The translations under genes and the position numbers were made by a program. The notes under the pieces were generated by a model. The model was not told the DNA's origin, did no database searches, and worked only from the letters and a program-made list of their open reading frames with translations. From positions 5,407-69,406 of the IMG/VR virus record IMGVR_UViG_3300033153_007262: 64,000 bases of DNA. One strand, given 5' to 3'. Origin of the DNA: a virus. This document shows, one piece after another, positions 1-9,789 of the stretch. How positions within the stretch are numbered: position 1 is the first letter of the stretch; the number at the start of each line of letters is the position of its first letter.

Positions 1-101
1 TGTACCGAGTGCCGGCATAAAATGTCGATGTATACAAACGGCGACCGATGTAATAATTGCCAAGAGAGATTACGGAGCAAATTAAATTTTATGGGGAAGA
101 T

Positions 102-320
102 ATGAGCCAAAGCCGGGCGATGAGTTTAGTTGAATCGCTGACAAACATTGCGGTTGGATATAGTGTCGCCGTATTAAGTCAGTTAATTGTGTTTCCATTG
201 TTTGGAATCGATATTCCTCTGCGGAGCAATTTGTTAATTGGGGTATGGTTTACGGCGATATCGTTAATGCGGAGTTATATTATCCGGCGATGGTTTAACG
301 GGCTGAAAATAGGGAGGTAA
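102..320 (+). CDS. small two-TM phage membrane protein (DUF7220-like)
   Basis: ATG at 102 after GGGGA; MSQSRAMSLVESLTNIAVGY...SLMRSYIIRRWF pattern; hydrophobic. Confidence 0.6.
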   Translation: MSQSRAMSLVESLTNIAVGYSVAVLSQLIVFPLFGIDIPLRSNLLIGVWFTAISLMRSYIIRRWFNGLKIGR

Positions 321-326
321 AATATT

Positions 327-629
327 ATGGGCGTGTCAGAAATCATATTTGTCGTGTTATTAGCGGGTGGGATGATTGGTAGCGGAGTTTATGTCGGGTT
401 AAAAACAAAGAAATGGTATTTCCTCGGCGTGTTTGTTACATTCTTTTTATGTTTTGGGTTATGGGAATGGATAAGTGTTGCGCAGACGGGCGAAAGCATA
501 AGCCAAACGATATGGGGGCTTGGCGAGAGTAACCCGGTCGGGTTTTGGATTATGATTAGTGCGCTTGCGGTAGCGTGGGCGTCATTGCTGTACCATTTTA
601 TTGAGAAGAAGATTGGAAAAGAAAAATGA
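327..629 (+). CDS. hypothetical membrane protein (3 TM)
   Basis: GGAGG RBS; three hydrophobic segments. Confidence 0.6.
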   Translation: MGVSEIIFVVLLAGGMIGSGVYVGLKTKKWYFLGVFVTFFLCFGLWEWISVAQTGESISQTIWGLGESNPVGFWIMISALAVAWASLLYHFIEKKIGKEK

Positions 630-663
630 TGGGCATCCATTTCCATAATCCGAGTTTAATAGT

Positions 664-2349
664 TTGGGATATCGATATGTTCGTTTGGGTTTTATGGAAA
701 GGGACGACGTTGGGTTTATTTGGACAGGATTTTATATGATAGAAGAAAATACTGATATAGATAAAGTTGATTTGATGTTCTGCGTCGGTTCGTTAGGCGA
801 ATCGTTGCCGGCAAGACGGCGTGGCAAGGCAATCTTAGACGGCTTGACCAATTGGGAAGAAGACCCGGTCGATATTACGACGTTTGTTGAGAGCGATGAA
901 TACTTAAATCTAAAAGGTGTCGTATGGCCGGCGGTGATGGATGACTTGCGGGATATTTTTGACGTTGACCACGACGTTGTGTTGGCAACGAATAAATTTA
1001 GTCAGTATCAGGAGTGCGTTTTGGATGAGGCCATCGGAGCCGGCAAGAGTTTCATCTCATCAATCGGAATCGTTTATATTACATACAGATTAATCTGTTT
1101 GAAAAACCCACAGAGGTTTTATAAGAAGGCTCCCGGCACATTAATGGCGATTATGAATATGGCTCCGACGGCCACGCAAGCCAAGAACGTCGTGTTCGGT
1201 GAAATCAAAGCACGGGTTGATGGCTCGCCGTGGTTTAAGGAGTTTGGCGGGCTTGATAATAAAATAAAAAGTGTTCTGCGGTTCAATAAAGGGATTACAA
1301 TACTGCCCGGCAATAGCGCAGAGACTTTTCCTTTAGGATATTCTCTCATCGCTTGGATAATGGATGAGGGCGCCTTTTATACGGACACGGGAGACCACGA
1401 TGTTGCTCAAGAAATTTATTACGCCTTGTACCGCCGGTCGCAGTCCCGGTATGAGGATAGATTTTTAGGGATTATGATTTCGTCCCCGAGGTACGTAGAC
1501 GATTTTATAGAACGTAAAATGGACGAGGCAAAGAGGCATCCCGGGACGGTATATTCAAAGCGCCGTGCCTTATGGGAAAGCAAGCCGGAGGATATCGAGG
1601 CGATTAAGAACGGCGAGACGTTTGAATTAGACGGTGCGCAGATACCATTAATATATAAAAAGACTTTTGACGAGAACCCGGACAAGGCGTGGCGGGATTT
1701 GGGCGCAAGACCGTCGTTGGTATTGGAACCGTACTTTAAGCAATGGAAATTACTGCAAGCCGGAGTTGACAACACAATGATTCACCCGGCGGACAAGGAT
1801 AATAAATTTTTTGATTGGTTTGTAGGGGAAGAGCCGTTCACATATTACTCACATATTGACTTGGCGCTTACCGGGGACGCTTGCGGTCTTGCAGTTTGCC
1901 ATATGGACGTCGATATTATTGTGATAGACTTAATGTTGCAGATAAAACCGCTGTCGGGGAAGGAAATCGACCTCGCAAACGTGCGGTCTTATATTTATGA
2001 GATGCAAAAGAGGAAGTTTTATTTTGGTAAGGTGACATATGACCAATTCCAAAGTGCCGAGAGCATACAGGAATTGAATAAGCGTAATATTAGCGCCGAG
2101 AGGTTGTCGGTCGATAAAGATTTGGGGCCGTATGATACACTTAAAGAAATGTTTTATTCCGGGCGTGTTAGATGTTATCAAAGCGATATCTTTTTCACCG
2201 AAGCACGGCGGTTGGAATTGATAAAGGGGAAAAAGGTCGACCATCCTCGCAAGGGAAGTAAAGACGTCACCGATGCAGTTGCCGGGGCCGTCTTTAACTG
2301 CGTGCAAGGGGAAGGTTCGTTCGGCGAGATGACAGTTAGCATCCTATAA
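664..2349 (+). CDS. terL: terminase large subunit (true start possibly ATG 736)
   Basis: Walker A-like AIGAGKS, Walker B WIMDE, ISSP motif, C-terminal RNase H-like HIDLA...D...KDVTDAVAG; directly upstream of portal. Confidence 0.9.
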   Translation: MGYRYVRLGFMERDDVGFIWTGFYMIEENTDIDKVDLMFCVGSLGESLPARRRGKAILDGLTNWEEDPVDITTFVESDEYLNLKGVVWPAVMDDLRDIFDVDHDVVLATNKFSQYQECVLDEAIGAGKSFISSIGIVYITYRLICLKNPQRFYKKAPGTLMAIMNMAPTATQAKNVVFGEIKARVDGSPWFKEFGGLDNKIKSVLRFNKGITILPGNSAETFPLGYSLIAWIMDEGAFYTDTGDHDVAQEIYYALYRRSQSRYEDRFLGIMISSPRYVDDFIERKMDEAKRHPGTVYSKRRALWESKPEDIEAIKNGETFELDGAQIPLIYKKTFDENPDKAWRDLGARPSLVLEPYFKQWKLLQAGVDNTMIHPADKDNKFFDWFVGEEPFTYYSHIDLALTGDACGLAVCHMDVDIIVIDLMLQIKPLSGKEIDLANVRSYIYEMQKRKFYFGKVTYDQFQSAESIQELNKRNISAERLSVDKDLGPYDTLKEMFYSGRVRCYQSDIFFTEARRLELIKGKKVDHPRKGSKDVTDAVAGAVFNCVQGEGSFGEMTVSIL

Positions 2350-2362
2350 AGGAGGATTACCG

Positions 2363-4036
2363 ATGGCAATTAAAAAGAGCAAATCAAAAACGCCCGGGGA
2401 AATGAAAATGTTTGTTACAAACCTCGGTAAAGTTTTCAGTGAAGCCGATTTGAAGCGTTACGAAATCCCGCAGACAAAACAAATCGTCCCGGAGGGGCAG
2501 TTTGGGGCGGAAGCGATATCTCCACCGTATGATTTAGCAAAACTTATGTCGTGGCTAGAGGTTAACGTCGTCCACGGTTCTTGTGTTCGCACGAAAACAC
2601 AAGACAGCGTTGGTATCGGTTGGCATTTAGAATTAGTTGACGAGACAGAGACAGAAGAAAAGAGAGCCGAGCAAGAAAAGGAGGCGCTCACAAACTTTTT
2701 CATAAAAGTAAATGAGAAAGAGGACATCACGTCGGTTATGAAAAAGGTATTCCTAGACTACGAGGGGTGTGGTAACGGCTACATCGAATTAGTCCGGGGC
2801 GACGGCGTGGAATCCGATGTCCTTGAAAAGAGTATCAAGAGTTTATATCACGTCAATGCGACGACCGTCCGATGGGCCAAGACACAGGATAAATTCTTGC
2901 AGAGGATTGGACAAAAGAAAGTTTATTTTAAGTGTTTTGGTGATGACCGGGTACTGAATAAAGATACCGGCACGTTTGGAAAGATTGCCAAGCCGGAGTC
3001 TGTGGCCAATGAGTTAATCCAAGTCCGTCAATATTCGTGGCGGTCGTTTTGGTACGGTTCGCCGGAATGGATTAGTTCAATCGTCCAGATGTATGGGCAA
3101 ATGAAAGAGGCTGAATATAATTTAGACTTCTTTACCAATTATGGTGTGCCGGCGTATGCGGTAATCATAAAAGGTATGAAAATGAACACGACGGTCGAGG
3201 AAACTATTAAGAAATATTTTGAGACCGAGGTAAAAGCAGACCCGCACAAGACGATGGTCTTTGGGTTACCGGCGGGTGGTGAAATTGTCTTTGAAAAGTT
3301 AAGTGTTGAAGCAAAAGAAAGTTCGTTTAATATCTACCGCAAAGATATGCGGGACGATATCTTAACTGCTCATCACGTCCCGCCGTATCGGGCGAGCATT
3401 GTCGAGAAAGGGCAACTCGGTGGCAGTGTAGCCGAGGACGTTGACCGCATATACCTCGACAGCGTTATCAATCCCCGGCAACGGGATTTTGAATGGATTA
3501 TAAATCAGTTAATTATCAAAGAGGGATTCGGTATCACGGCGTGGAGATTTAAGTTTGATGATATCGACATCGATGACAAGAAAACGCAGTCCGATATCGA
3601 TGAGAAATATTTTAATATGGGTGTTTATACGCCGAATCAAATCAGAAAGAAGTTGGGGCTAGAAGAATATGACGGTGGCGACACTTATTACATTGCTGGC
3701 AATCTTGTTCCTGTTGGAGAGATTGAAATAATCGAGGAGAAAGTTGACGAGGACGATTATATCGATGAAGATATCGGCGGTATGAGAGGCGAGGCTATAG
3801 CAAAATACATCGATGCCGTTAATTGGCGGACAGATGAGGACGTGTCTTTACTTAATCACCCCGAGCAGAAAAAGTATATCAAGACGGAGATGTTAGCGCA
3901 GAATGATTTCCTCGGCGGGACATTCCGGGACGTTTATGTCGGTGGGAACGGCGTGTTGGCCATCGTTGGCAAGTTGCAGTCCGGGGAAGTCGATGTCCAA
4001 TGTTTCTTGAAAGATAAAATTAAAAATGAAGATTAG
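2363..4036 (+). CDS. portal protein (PBSX/HK97-like) with C-terminal extension
   Basis: AGGAGG RBS; DYEGCGNGYIELVR, FFTNYGVP, DDILTAHHVPP, TPNQIRKKLGL motifs. Confidence 0.9.
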   Translation: MAIKKSKSKTPGEMKMFVTNLGKVFSEADLKRYEIPQTKQIVPEGQFGAEAISPPYDLAKLMSWLEVNVVHGSCVRTKTQDSVGIGWHLELVDETETEEKRAEQEKEALTNFFIKVNEKEDITSVMKKVFLDYEGCGNGYIELVRGDGVESDVLEKSIKSLYHVNATTVRWAKTQDKFLQRIGQKKVYFKCFGDDRVLNKDTGTFGKIAKPESVANELIQVRQYSWRSFWYGSPEWISSIVQMYGQMKEAEYNLDFFTNYGVPAYAVIIKGMKMNTTVEETIKKYFETEVKADPHKTMVFGLPAGGEIVFEKLSVEAKESSFNIYRKDMRDDILTAHHVPPYRASIVEKGQLGGSVAEDVDRIYLDSVINPRQRDFEWIINQLIIKEGFGITAWRFKFDDIDIDDKKTQSDIDEKYFNMGVYTPNQIRKKLGLEEYDGGDTYYIAGNLVPVGEIEIIEEKVDEDDYIDEDIGGMRGEAIAKYIDAVNWRTDEDVSLLNHPEQKKYIKTEMLAQNDFLGGTFRDVYVGGNGVLAIVGKLQSGEVDVQCFLKDKIKNED

Positions 4037-5144
4037 TATTTTTGATAAGGGCCGGTCGTTATCGGAATTAAAAATCGAGAATGGTTGTGCCACGGATGTT
4101 TATAAAGAATTCAAACGTCAGGGGCGGGAAACCATTAAATGGGCCAATAAAAAAGGGCTGTTTAAGAAACTGCATCGATATTTTTCCGATGAGTACCCCG
4201 GTCTTTATGAAAAGGCTACGAAGAAAGACGCAAAAAGAATAAACGCTATGATTTATGATTGGGGCAAGGCGGTCAAGCCCGAAAAGATGGAGGAGGTACT
4301 TTATAAATGGTACCTTGTATCAGGAAATTACGCCGGCAATCAAGTAATGAAAGATTTGAAGGTCGCCCCGCAGTTTAATCTTCGCAACCCGGATATGCTT
4401 AGTGGTTTCGCCGAGAGGGGTGAGAAGATTACCGGCTCCATTACCAAGACCACGCTAAAAAACTTCCGAAATAAACTCGCAAAGACATATGCAAAGGTCG
4501 GTATGAGTCCGTACGCCGTTGAAAAAGAAATCAAAGGTATGTTTAAGGAAACATATAAGAACCGGGCAAGGACAATCGCCCGGACAGAGACCCGCATCGC
4601 CCAATCAACCGTCAAGCACGAGACTTATGCCCGCAATGGAATTAAAAAGAAAAGATGGTCGTCATCAAAGGACGATATCGTCCGCCCAACACATTCCGTG
4701 GCGGATGGTCAGGTGAGATTGGTGAAGAACACGTTTATGGTCGGCGGTGTTGCTATGGCGCACGACCACGACCCAAGCGCCCCGGCAAAAGAGGTCGTTA
4801 ACTGCCGATGCAGTACACAATATTTTTCTGATTTAAGAAGTTACAAGCCGGTAAAGGTATGGGAGGGTGGCGCAGACGGTGTTGTCCGGCGTGTTCCGGG
4901 CGGGCCATCCCCGGCGTTGGTAAAAAGTTTCAAAGACAGATATAAAACCCTATCGGCGTTTGTTAATTTGCCGAAGATGGGGGCAGACCAGATAAGTACC
5001 GTGCAAGCGATGGTAGATGCCGGGCGTGTTCTCTCGGCAATGAAATATTTAGGAAAGTATTCCGGCTTAAGAGCATCGACATTAAAAAAGGCGAAGGGTT
5101 ACGCCGGGTACAAAGCAAATTACAGAAAGTGTACGGGCAAATGA
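4026..5144 (+). CDS. MuF / SPP1 gp7-like minor head protein with basic C-terminal extension
   Basis: RARTIARTE, KKRW...DDIVRPTH...DGQ, NCRC motifs; follows portal. Confidence 0.85.
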   Translation: MKISIFDKGRSLSELKIENGCATDVYKEFKRQGRETIKWANKKGLFKKLHRYFSDEYPGLYEKATKKDAKRINAMIYDWGKAVKPEKMEEVLYKWYLVSGNYAGNQVMKDLKVAPQFNLRNPDMLSGFAERGEKITGSITKTTLKNFRNKLAKTYAKVGMSPYAVEKEIKGMFKETYKNRARTIARTETRIAQSTVKHETYARNGIKKKRWSSSKDDIVRPTHSVADGQVRLVKNTFMVGGVAMAHDHDPSAPAKEVVNCRCSTQYFSDLRSYKPVKVWEGGADGVVRRVPGGPSPALVKSFKDRYKTLSAFVNLPKMGADQISTVQAMVDAGRVLSAMKYLGKYSGLRASTLKKAKGYAGYKANYRKCTGK

Positions 5145-5404
5145 TAACTTTTACAATGAATTCCGAGGGACAATTATCAAATTCTCTTTTGACATTAGTC
5201 GATGTTGCTCGTGCCGGCAACTATCCCAATGCTATGCTCGGCCCTTTTGAAGACCACGTCTTGTTTGCCGGCGGTATTATCATTGACGGCAAGGGTGAGA
5301 AAAGATTAGCGGACGCATTTGAAAATAAATTAAAATCGCAAGACGTCTTTTACACGAGAGAAGATAAAATTGGCGTTGAATATTATAAGGAACGACGATG
5401 GTAG
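5129..5404 (+). CDS. hypothetical protein
   Basis: ORF tightly packed between MuF and next gene; start uncertain. Confidence 0.55.
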   Translation: MYGQMITFTMNSEGQLSNSLLTLVDVARAGNYPNAMLGPFEDHVLFAGGIIIDGKGEKRLADAFENKLKSQDVFYTREDKIGVEYYKERRW

Positions 5405-6276
5405 AAGTAGTGTTCAAAGATAATGGATGTGCGAGTTTATTTGGCGGTAAGTTATCTCCGGCTGGCACGAAGCCGAAGATTGACGACAGAAGATTATCTC
5501 AAGAGGGGGTATGGGACGACCAAAATAATACACATAAATATATGAGAGAGTTACAGAACACACAGGCCGTGCCGACCGATACCGTTGACCAAATGCAGAG
5601 TCATTGGCTCGATAGCGCCAGTCAGGGCGCATACGTTGATGTCGGTGAGGCGATTGCGAATGCAAAAACAGCCGGAGATTTAGAGGCCATCAAGAAACTT
5701 TACGGCGGGGCAGATATGTTGAGACATCAAAAACAAATTAAGAAATTATTACTGAAAGAAATCGCCGACAAAGACGGATACATAACTGTTTACCGTGGAA
5801 TCAGAAAGAACCCGGCCCTAAAAGTTATTCAACTATACGGAACGAAAAATCCCGTTGCGCTTAATACGAAAACCTTAACATCGTATAGTTTGAGCAAACA
5901 GCAAGCCGGAGTGTTCGCCGGACAGGGGACGATAAAACTTGGAACGGGGAGTAAGACGACACGCACGCCGGGAATGGTATTCAAAAGAAAAATACACGTT
6001 GATGACGTTTATGATATGCCGGCATTGTATAATGAGGAGTTTATGTTTGAGGGGGAAGTCGTTGTTATGAATCCGTCGAAGGTTCTTGTCGTTCCTCAAA
6101 AGGATATTACTTATATTGCCAAGCCGGGTGAGGTCATTCGCAACAAAGCAAAAGAAAAGAAGCCGGTCGACATTGATTCCGATGCGACAAATCGATGGTG
6201 GGCGCACGATGAATATTACAGAGAGGTAAACAAATACTTCCGGCGCCTCGAGGCGTTCATCGGAGAATCCGTGTAA
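5398..6276 (+). CDS. putative ADP-ribosyltransferase-fold protein (R-S-E type)
   Basis: ITVYRG ... LTSYS ... EGEVVV in the order and spacing of R-S-E ART catalytic motifs; next to MuF. Confidence 0.55.
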   Translation: MVEVVFKDNGCASLFGGKLSPAGTKPKIDDRRLSQEGVWDDQNNTHKYMRELQNTQAVPTDTVDQMQSHWLDSASQGAYVDVGEAIANAKTAGDLEAIKKLYGGADMLRHQKQIKKLLLKEIADKDGYITVYRGIRKNPALKVIQLYGTKNPVALNTKTLTSYSLSKQQAGVFAGQGTIKLGTGSKTTRTPGMVFKRKIHVDDVYDMPALYNEEFMFEGEVVVMNPSKVLVVPQKDITYIAKPGEVIRNKAKEKKPVDIDSDATNRWWAHDEYYREVNKYFRRLEAFIGESV

Positions 6277-6321
6277 AGAAAAAATAAAAAATCAAGAAAT
6301 ATCTTGTGTTATTTTATAATA

Positions 6322-6330
6322 TGTTATAAT
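6322..6330 (+). promoter_or_regulatory. extended -10 promoter (TGTTATAAT)
   Basis: TGnTATAAT in an AT-rich intergenic gap upstream of the protease gene. Confidence 0.55.
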
Positions 6331-6352
6331 TTAATTAAAGAATGGAGAATTG

Positions 6353-7507
6353 ATGCCCGAGGTTACTCAAAGAAATATCCGCATCCCTGTAAAGAAAGCC
6401 GAAAATCACACCGGCCATAAAGTGAGGACGGTTAACGTCTCAAAGGGAAAAGGCGTCAAAGGACTGTATTGTGTTTCGTGCAGAAAGATTTTCACATACT
6501 TATTTGCAAAGAATAAGGGATGGGATTTAGAGACCTCCAAGAAATGGGTGGTCGACCACACCGCAAAAATCCTTAAGGTCACAGAATTCCACGTAGACCA
6601 AGAGATGAGTTTCCTAAAATTAAATATTACGATGCAAGATGGACGCACAGAGATTTATGAACCCAACACCCCGGAGTTTATTCTCAAAGAGCAACAGACA
6701 AGTTTGAGCGAAGTCGTGCAAGACGGCGAACACGTTGTGTCCGTTAAGGCGGTTGACCTTTTTGAGGACGATAGTTTTACCCGGCGTGAGGTACAGGACG
6801 ATGTTTTTAGTATATTCGGTAAATTAAAAGAGACGGAGGCCCCGGCGTTGATGGAGTATCGTTTTTCTTCATCTGCGTTCTCGATTGAACAAGTCAAGGG
6901 ATGGGTTGAGGGCCACGATATTCAATCTGTTATGGTACAGGAGGACAAAATGTCGATAGAAAATATTGATAAGGCAGAACTTACTTGTGTATGTCCTGAA
7001 TGCGGTAAATCGCAAAAGGCAAAGTCCGGCGTCGCTTGTAATCAGACACGCTGTAAAGATTGCAATTCGACTATGGTCAATCAGAAAAAAGATACAAAGA
7101 AAACAAAAGCAGAAACAAAAGAATATGAAGTGAATGACGAGCAATTAGAAATCGTAAAGATTGATAAAATGAAACGTCTCGTCTATGGTATATTTCTTGT
7201 GCCGGAAACGGCAGACCACGATGGCGACGTGATATCGGGAGACGATATCGAAAAGGTTGCCCACGACTTTATGGTTGATTATCGGACTATCGATGAGATG
7301 CATAGGGACGTCATCGATGCGGATATCGTTGAGTCGGCAATAGCGTGGGAAGATGGATTAAAGTACCACGGAAAAGAATTAAAAAAGGGAACGTGGTTCG
7401 GCGCCGTAAAGGTTCACAACGACGACGTTTGGGAGAAAATTCAAAACGGTGAATATGCCGGCTTCTCTGTTCGCATTTCTGGAATACGGGAACCGATTGA
7501 AAAATAA
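6353..7507 (+). CDS. XkdF-like prohead serine protease with N-terminal accessory domains and a Zn finger
   Basis: RLVYGIFLVPE.ADHDGD...IEKVAHDF...DEMH...VES...GTWF...GFS motifs; CVCPECG...C...CKDC cluster. Confidence 0.8.
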   Translation: MPEVTQRNIRIPVKKAENHTGHKVRTVNVSKGKGVKGLYCVSCRKIFTYLFAKNKGWDLETSKKWVVDHTAKILKVTEFHVDQEMSFLKLNITMQDGRTEIYEPNTPEFILKEQQTSLSEVVQDGEHVVSVKAVDLFEDDSFTRREVQDDVFSIFGKLKETEAPALMEYRFSSSAFSIEQVKGWVEGHDIQSVMVQEDKMSIENIDKAELTCVCPECGKSQKAKSGVACNQTRCKDCNSTMVNQKKDTKKTKAETKEYEVNDEQLEIVKIDKMKRLVYGIFLVPETADHDGDVISGDDIEKVAHDFMVDYRTIDEMHRDVIDADIVESAIAWEDGLKYHGKELKKGTWFGAVKVHNDDVWEKIQNGEYAGFSVRISGIREPIEK

Positions 7508-7519
7508 GGAGGAGTCGAA

Positions 7520-8680
7520 ATGACTTTAGAAGCCAAATATCGTTTACACGCCACGAAAGTGGACAGGATTGCCGTCGTTGACCGCCCGGCCGTTCCAGAT
7601 GCAAAGGTTGTTTTATTTAAGCGGAAAGACACCGGCACAGACGTCCTCTCCGAAAAGGCGATGGACTTTAACCGGGAATTTCAGTATAAATCTACACAGT
7701 CCGCCGTGGATGTTCTTGAACAAGGGTTCTGGAATATCTATTATTATCAGGAGGACGGTGTTGACACGAAAAAAGAGTGGAAGAAACTTTTTAAGGACTT
7801 CCGTTCAATCTTAATCGACGTGGTAGCAAAGTTAACCCCATCAGAAAAACAGGAAACTGACGCCCAAGACGAACCCACCGTTGAAGAAGTCGTTGGAGCA
7901 TTCAATAAGTATCTGAGTGTGACAATGGTTTCAAAAGCGTTTGAGTATTTCAAAAATTATATGGGATATCTTTTGTTAACCGTCGGCCAGTCGCCTAATA
8001 GCGAAAAAATAATTACGAAAGTAATCGATGTCTTTGAGGGACACGTTTTAACGCAAGGTGAATCAGCGTTAACCGAGATTGGAAAGTCTCGCAAAGTCGT
8101 CATTGATAAAGAGGGGCGGGTGTTATCCGGCGCAAGAGTCAGAAAATTGGAAGAGGCGATGGCTGTCATTTCCGAACTCTTGCACGATGCCAAACCTCGC
8201 ATTCAAGAAAAATTAAAGGAGGAGGCAGTTATGGAAATTCAAGAAATGTTAAAAGCATTTGAAGAATCTCCTATTCTCAAAGGTCTGGTCGAGAGGTTAT
8301 CAGCAATCGAGACCACGTTGAAAGAACAGAAGTTACTTTTGACGCCGGATGAGAAGGCAGATTTGGAAAAGGCAGAAAAAGAAGCAACAGAAAAGAAGGA
8401 CGCCGAGGACAAAGAGGCGACCGAAAAGGTCGAGAAGGAAAATGCCGAGGCTGTTGAGAAGGCGAAAAAAGATGCCGATGCAGAAGCAGAAGTCGAGAAG
8501 AAAAGAAGCGACGAAGCAGAAGCACGTTTGGCCGGTATCGAAAAAGGACTTGAATCTGCGACGAAAGTCGTTGAAGGAATTGCTAAACGGATGGGCATTC
8601 AGACATCATTGAAAGATGATGGGACGAGTGACACGCCGGACGTCAATGAATTCGACAAGGCCTTAAAAGAAAGAAAATAA
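7520..8680 (+). CDS. capsid scaffold-like protein with N-terminal protease-type segment
   Basis: N-terminal RIAVVDRPAVPDA segment; charged coiled-coil C-terminus; immediately upstream of capsid gene. Confidence 0.65.
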   Translation: MTLEAKYRLHATKVDRIAVVDRPAVPDAKVVLFKRKDTGTDVLSEKAMDFNREFQYKSTQSAVDVLEQGFWNIYYYQEDGVDTKKEWKKLFKDFRSILIDVVAKLTPSEKQETDAQDEPTVEEVVGAFNKYLSVTMVSKAFEYFKNYMGYLLLTVGQSPNSEKIITKVIDVFEGHVLTQGESALTEIGKSRKVVIDKEGRVLSGARVRKLEEAMAVISELLHDAKPRIQEKLKEEAVMEIQEMLKAFEESPILKGLVERLSAIETTLKEQKLLLTPDEKADLEKAEKEATEKKDAEDKEATEKVEKENAEAVEKAKKDADAEAEVEKKRSDEAEARLAGIEKGLESATKVVEGIAKRMGIQTSLKDDGTSDTPDVNEFDKALKERK

Positions 8681-8722
8681 ACCCCCGGAACATTGGAGGT
8701 TAAATTATAAAGGAGGCAGGAA

Positions 8723-9667
8723 ATGGATATCGATAAAATTCTAGAGAAGGCCTTCACGACCGGTGACCTTGCGTCCGGCGGTCTATTAAATCCAGAGCAG
8801 TCTGCAAAGATGGTTCGTGGGATTTTTGATAAGGCCGTCATCACAACCGAGTCACGTCGTGTGCCGATGAAAGCAAATAAACGGCAGATTGACAAAATCA
8901 CCTACACGGGTGACATTCTGCAAATCCCTACCGCCGTGGGTACAGAACATACCACGACGACAAAGCCGACAACGTCGAAAGTTACGTTAGACGCACAGGA
9001 AGCGATTATAGCAATCGACATTGGTTATGATTCGCTTGAAGATAGTATTGAAGGGCAAGGCCTGATGGATACTATTCTTGAAATCACTTCCGGGCGTCTT
9101 GGTTATGAGTTAGACGTTCTCGCCTTACAGGGCGACGTTGCGGGAGCAACAGGAACCTTCCGTGATTTATTGGACGGGTTCTTCAAACAGGTGACAACGA
9201 ATGTTTATGATGCATCAAACGGAACGTTGTCGGACACGGTTTTGTATAACGCCTTGAAAATGTTGCCGGGTAAGTATCTCGACAATGAAAACGCTTGGCG
9301 CTTCTATACAAGCCATCGTGCAAGATTGGATTATGTCAATGTGTTAGCCGGCAAGGGTGTTAACGAAGCGTTTACTCGTTATTTACTCGAAGCACAAGAG
9401 CCGACTTATCAAGGTATCCCCGTCCGCAAGGTCGGTGGTGTCGAGACAGTCCAACTTGACCCCGGCCCGCCAATTATTTCTGGTGGACAGGCGCTTCTTA
9501 TTAATCCGGCCAATATGATTTTTGGTGTTCATAGGGATATCTCCTATGAATTTATGCGACAGCCTCGCAAACGGGTTATCGAAGTGACAATGACACTGCG
9601 CATCGACTTCAAGTTGGAAGAAGAAACTGCCGTTGTCAAAATCAGCAATTTGGGACACAGCGCTTAG
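8723..9667 (+). CDS. major capsid protein (HK97 fold, XkdG-like)
   Basis: AGGAGG RBS; KAFTTGDLASGGLLNPEQ, LEDSIEG, DGFFKQ, P.N.IFGV.RDI motifs; followed by terminator. Confidence 0.9.
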   Translation: MDIDKILEKAFTTGDLASGGLLNPEQSAKMVRGIFDKAVITTESRRVPMKANKRQIDKITYTGDILQIPTAVGTEHTTTTKPTTSKVTLDAQEAIIAIDIGYDSLEDSIEGQGLMDTILEITSGRLGYELDVLALQGDVAGATGTFRDLLDGFFKQVTTNVYDASNGTLSDTVLYNALKMLPGKYLDNENAWRFYTSHRARLDYVNVLAGKGVNEAFTRYLLEAQEPTYQGIPVRKVGGVETVQLDPGPPIISGGQALLINPANMIFGVHRDISYEFMRQPRKRVIEVTMTLRIDFKLEEETAVVKISNLGHSA

Positions 9668-9696
9668 TCTGAAAAAGATTAAGTTTTATATAATTG

Positions 9697-9733
9697 AGGG
9701 GCGGGGTGTAATAGCCCTCGCCCCTTTTTATTT
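9697..9733 (+). terminator. intrinsic terminator after capsid gene
   Basis: AGGGGCG...CGCCCCT hairpin followed by T tract. Confidence 0.75.
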
Positions 9734-9789
9734 TAACTACCAATAAAGTACAAATTGGTAGTTAATTAGTAATTAAAAGGGGGACTCAG

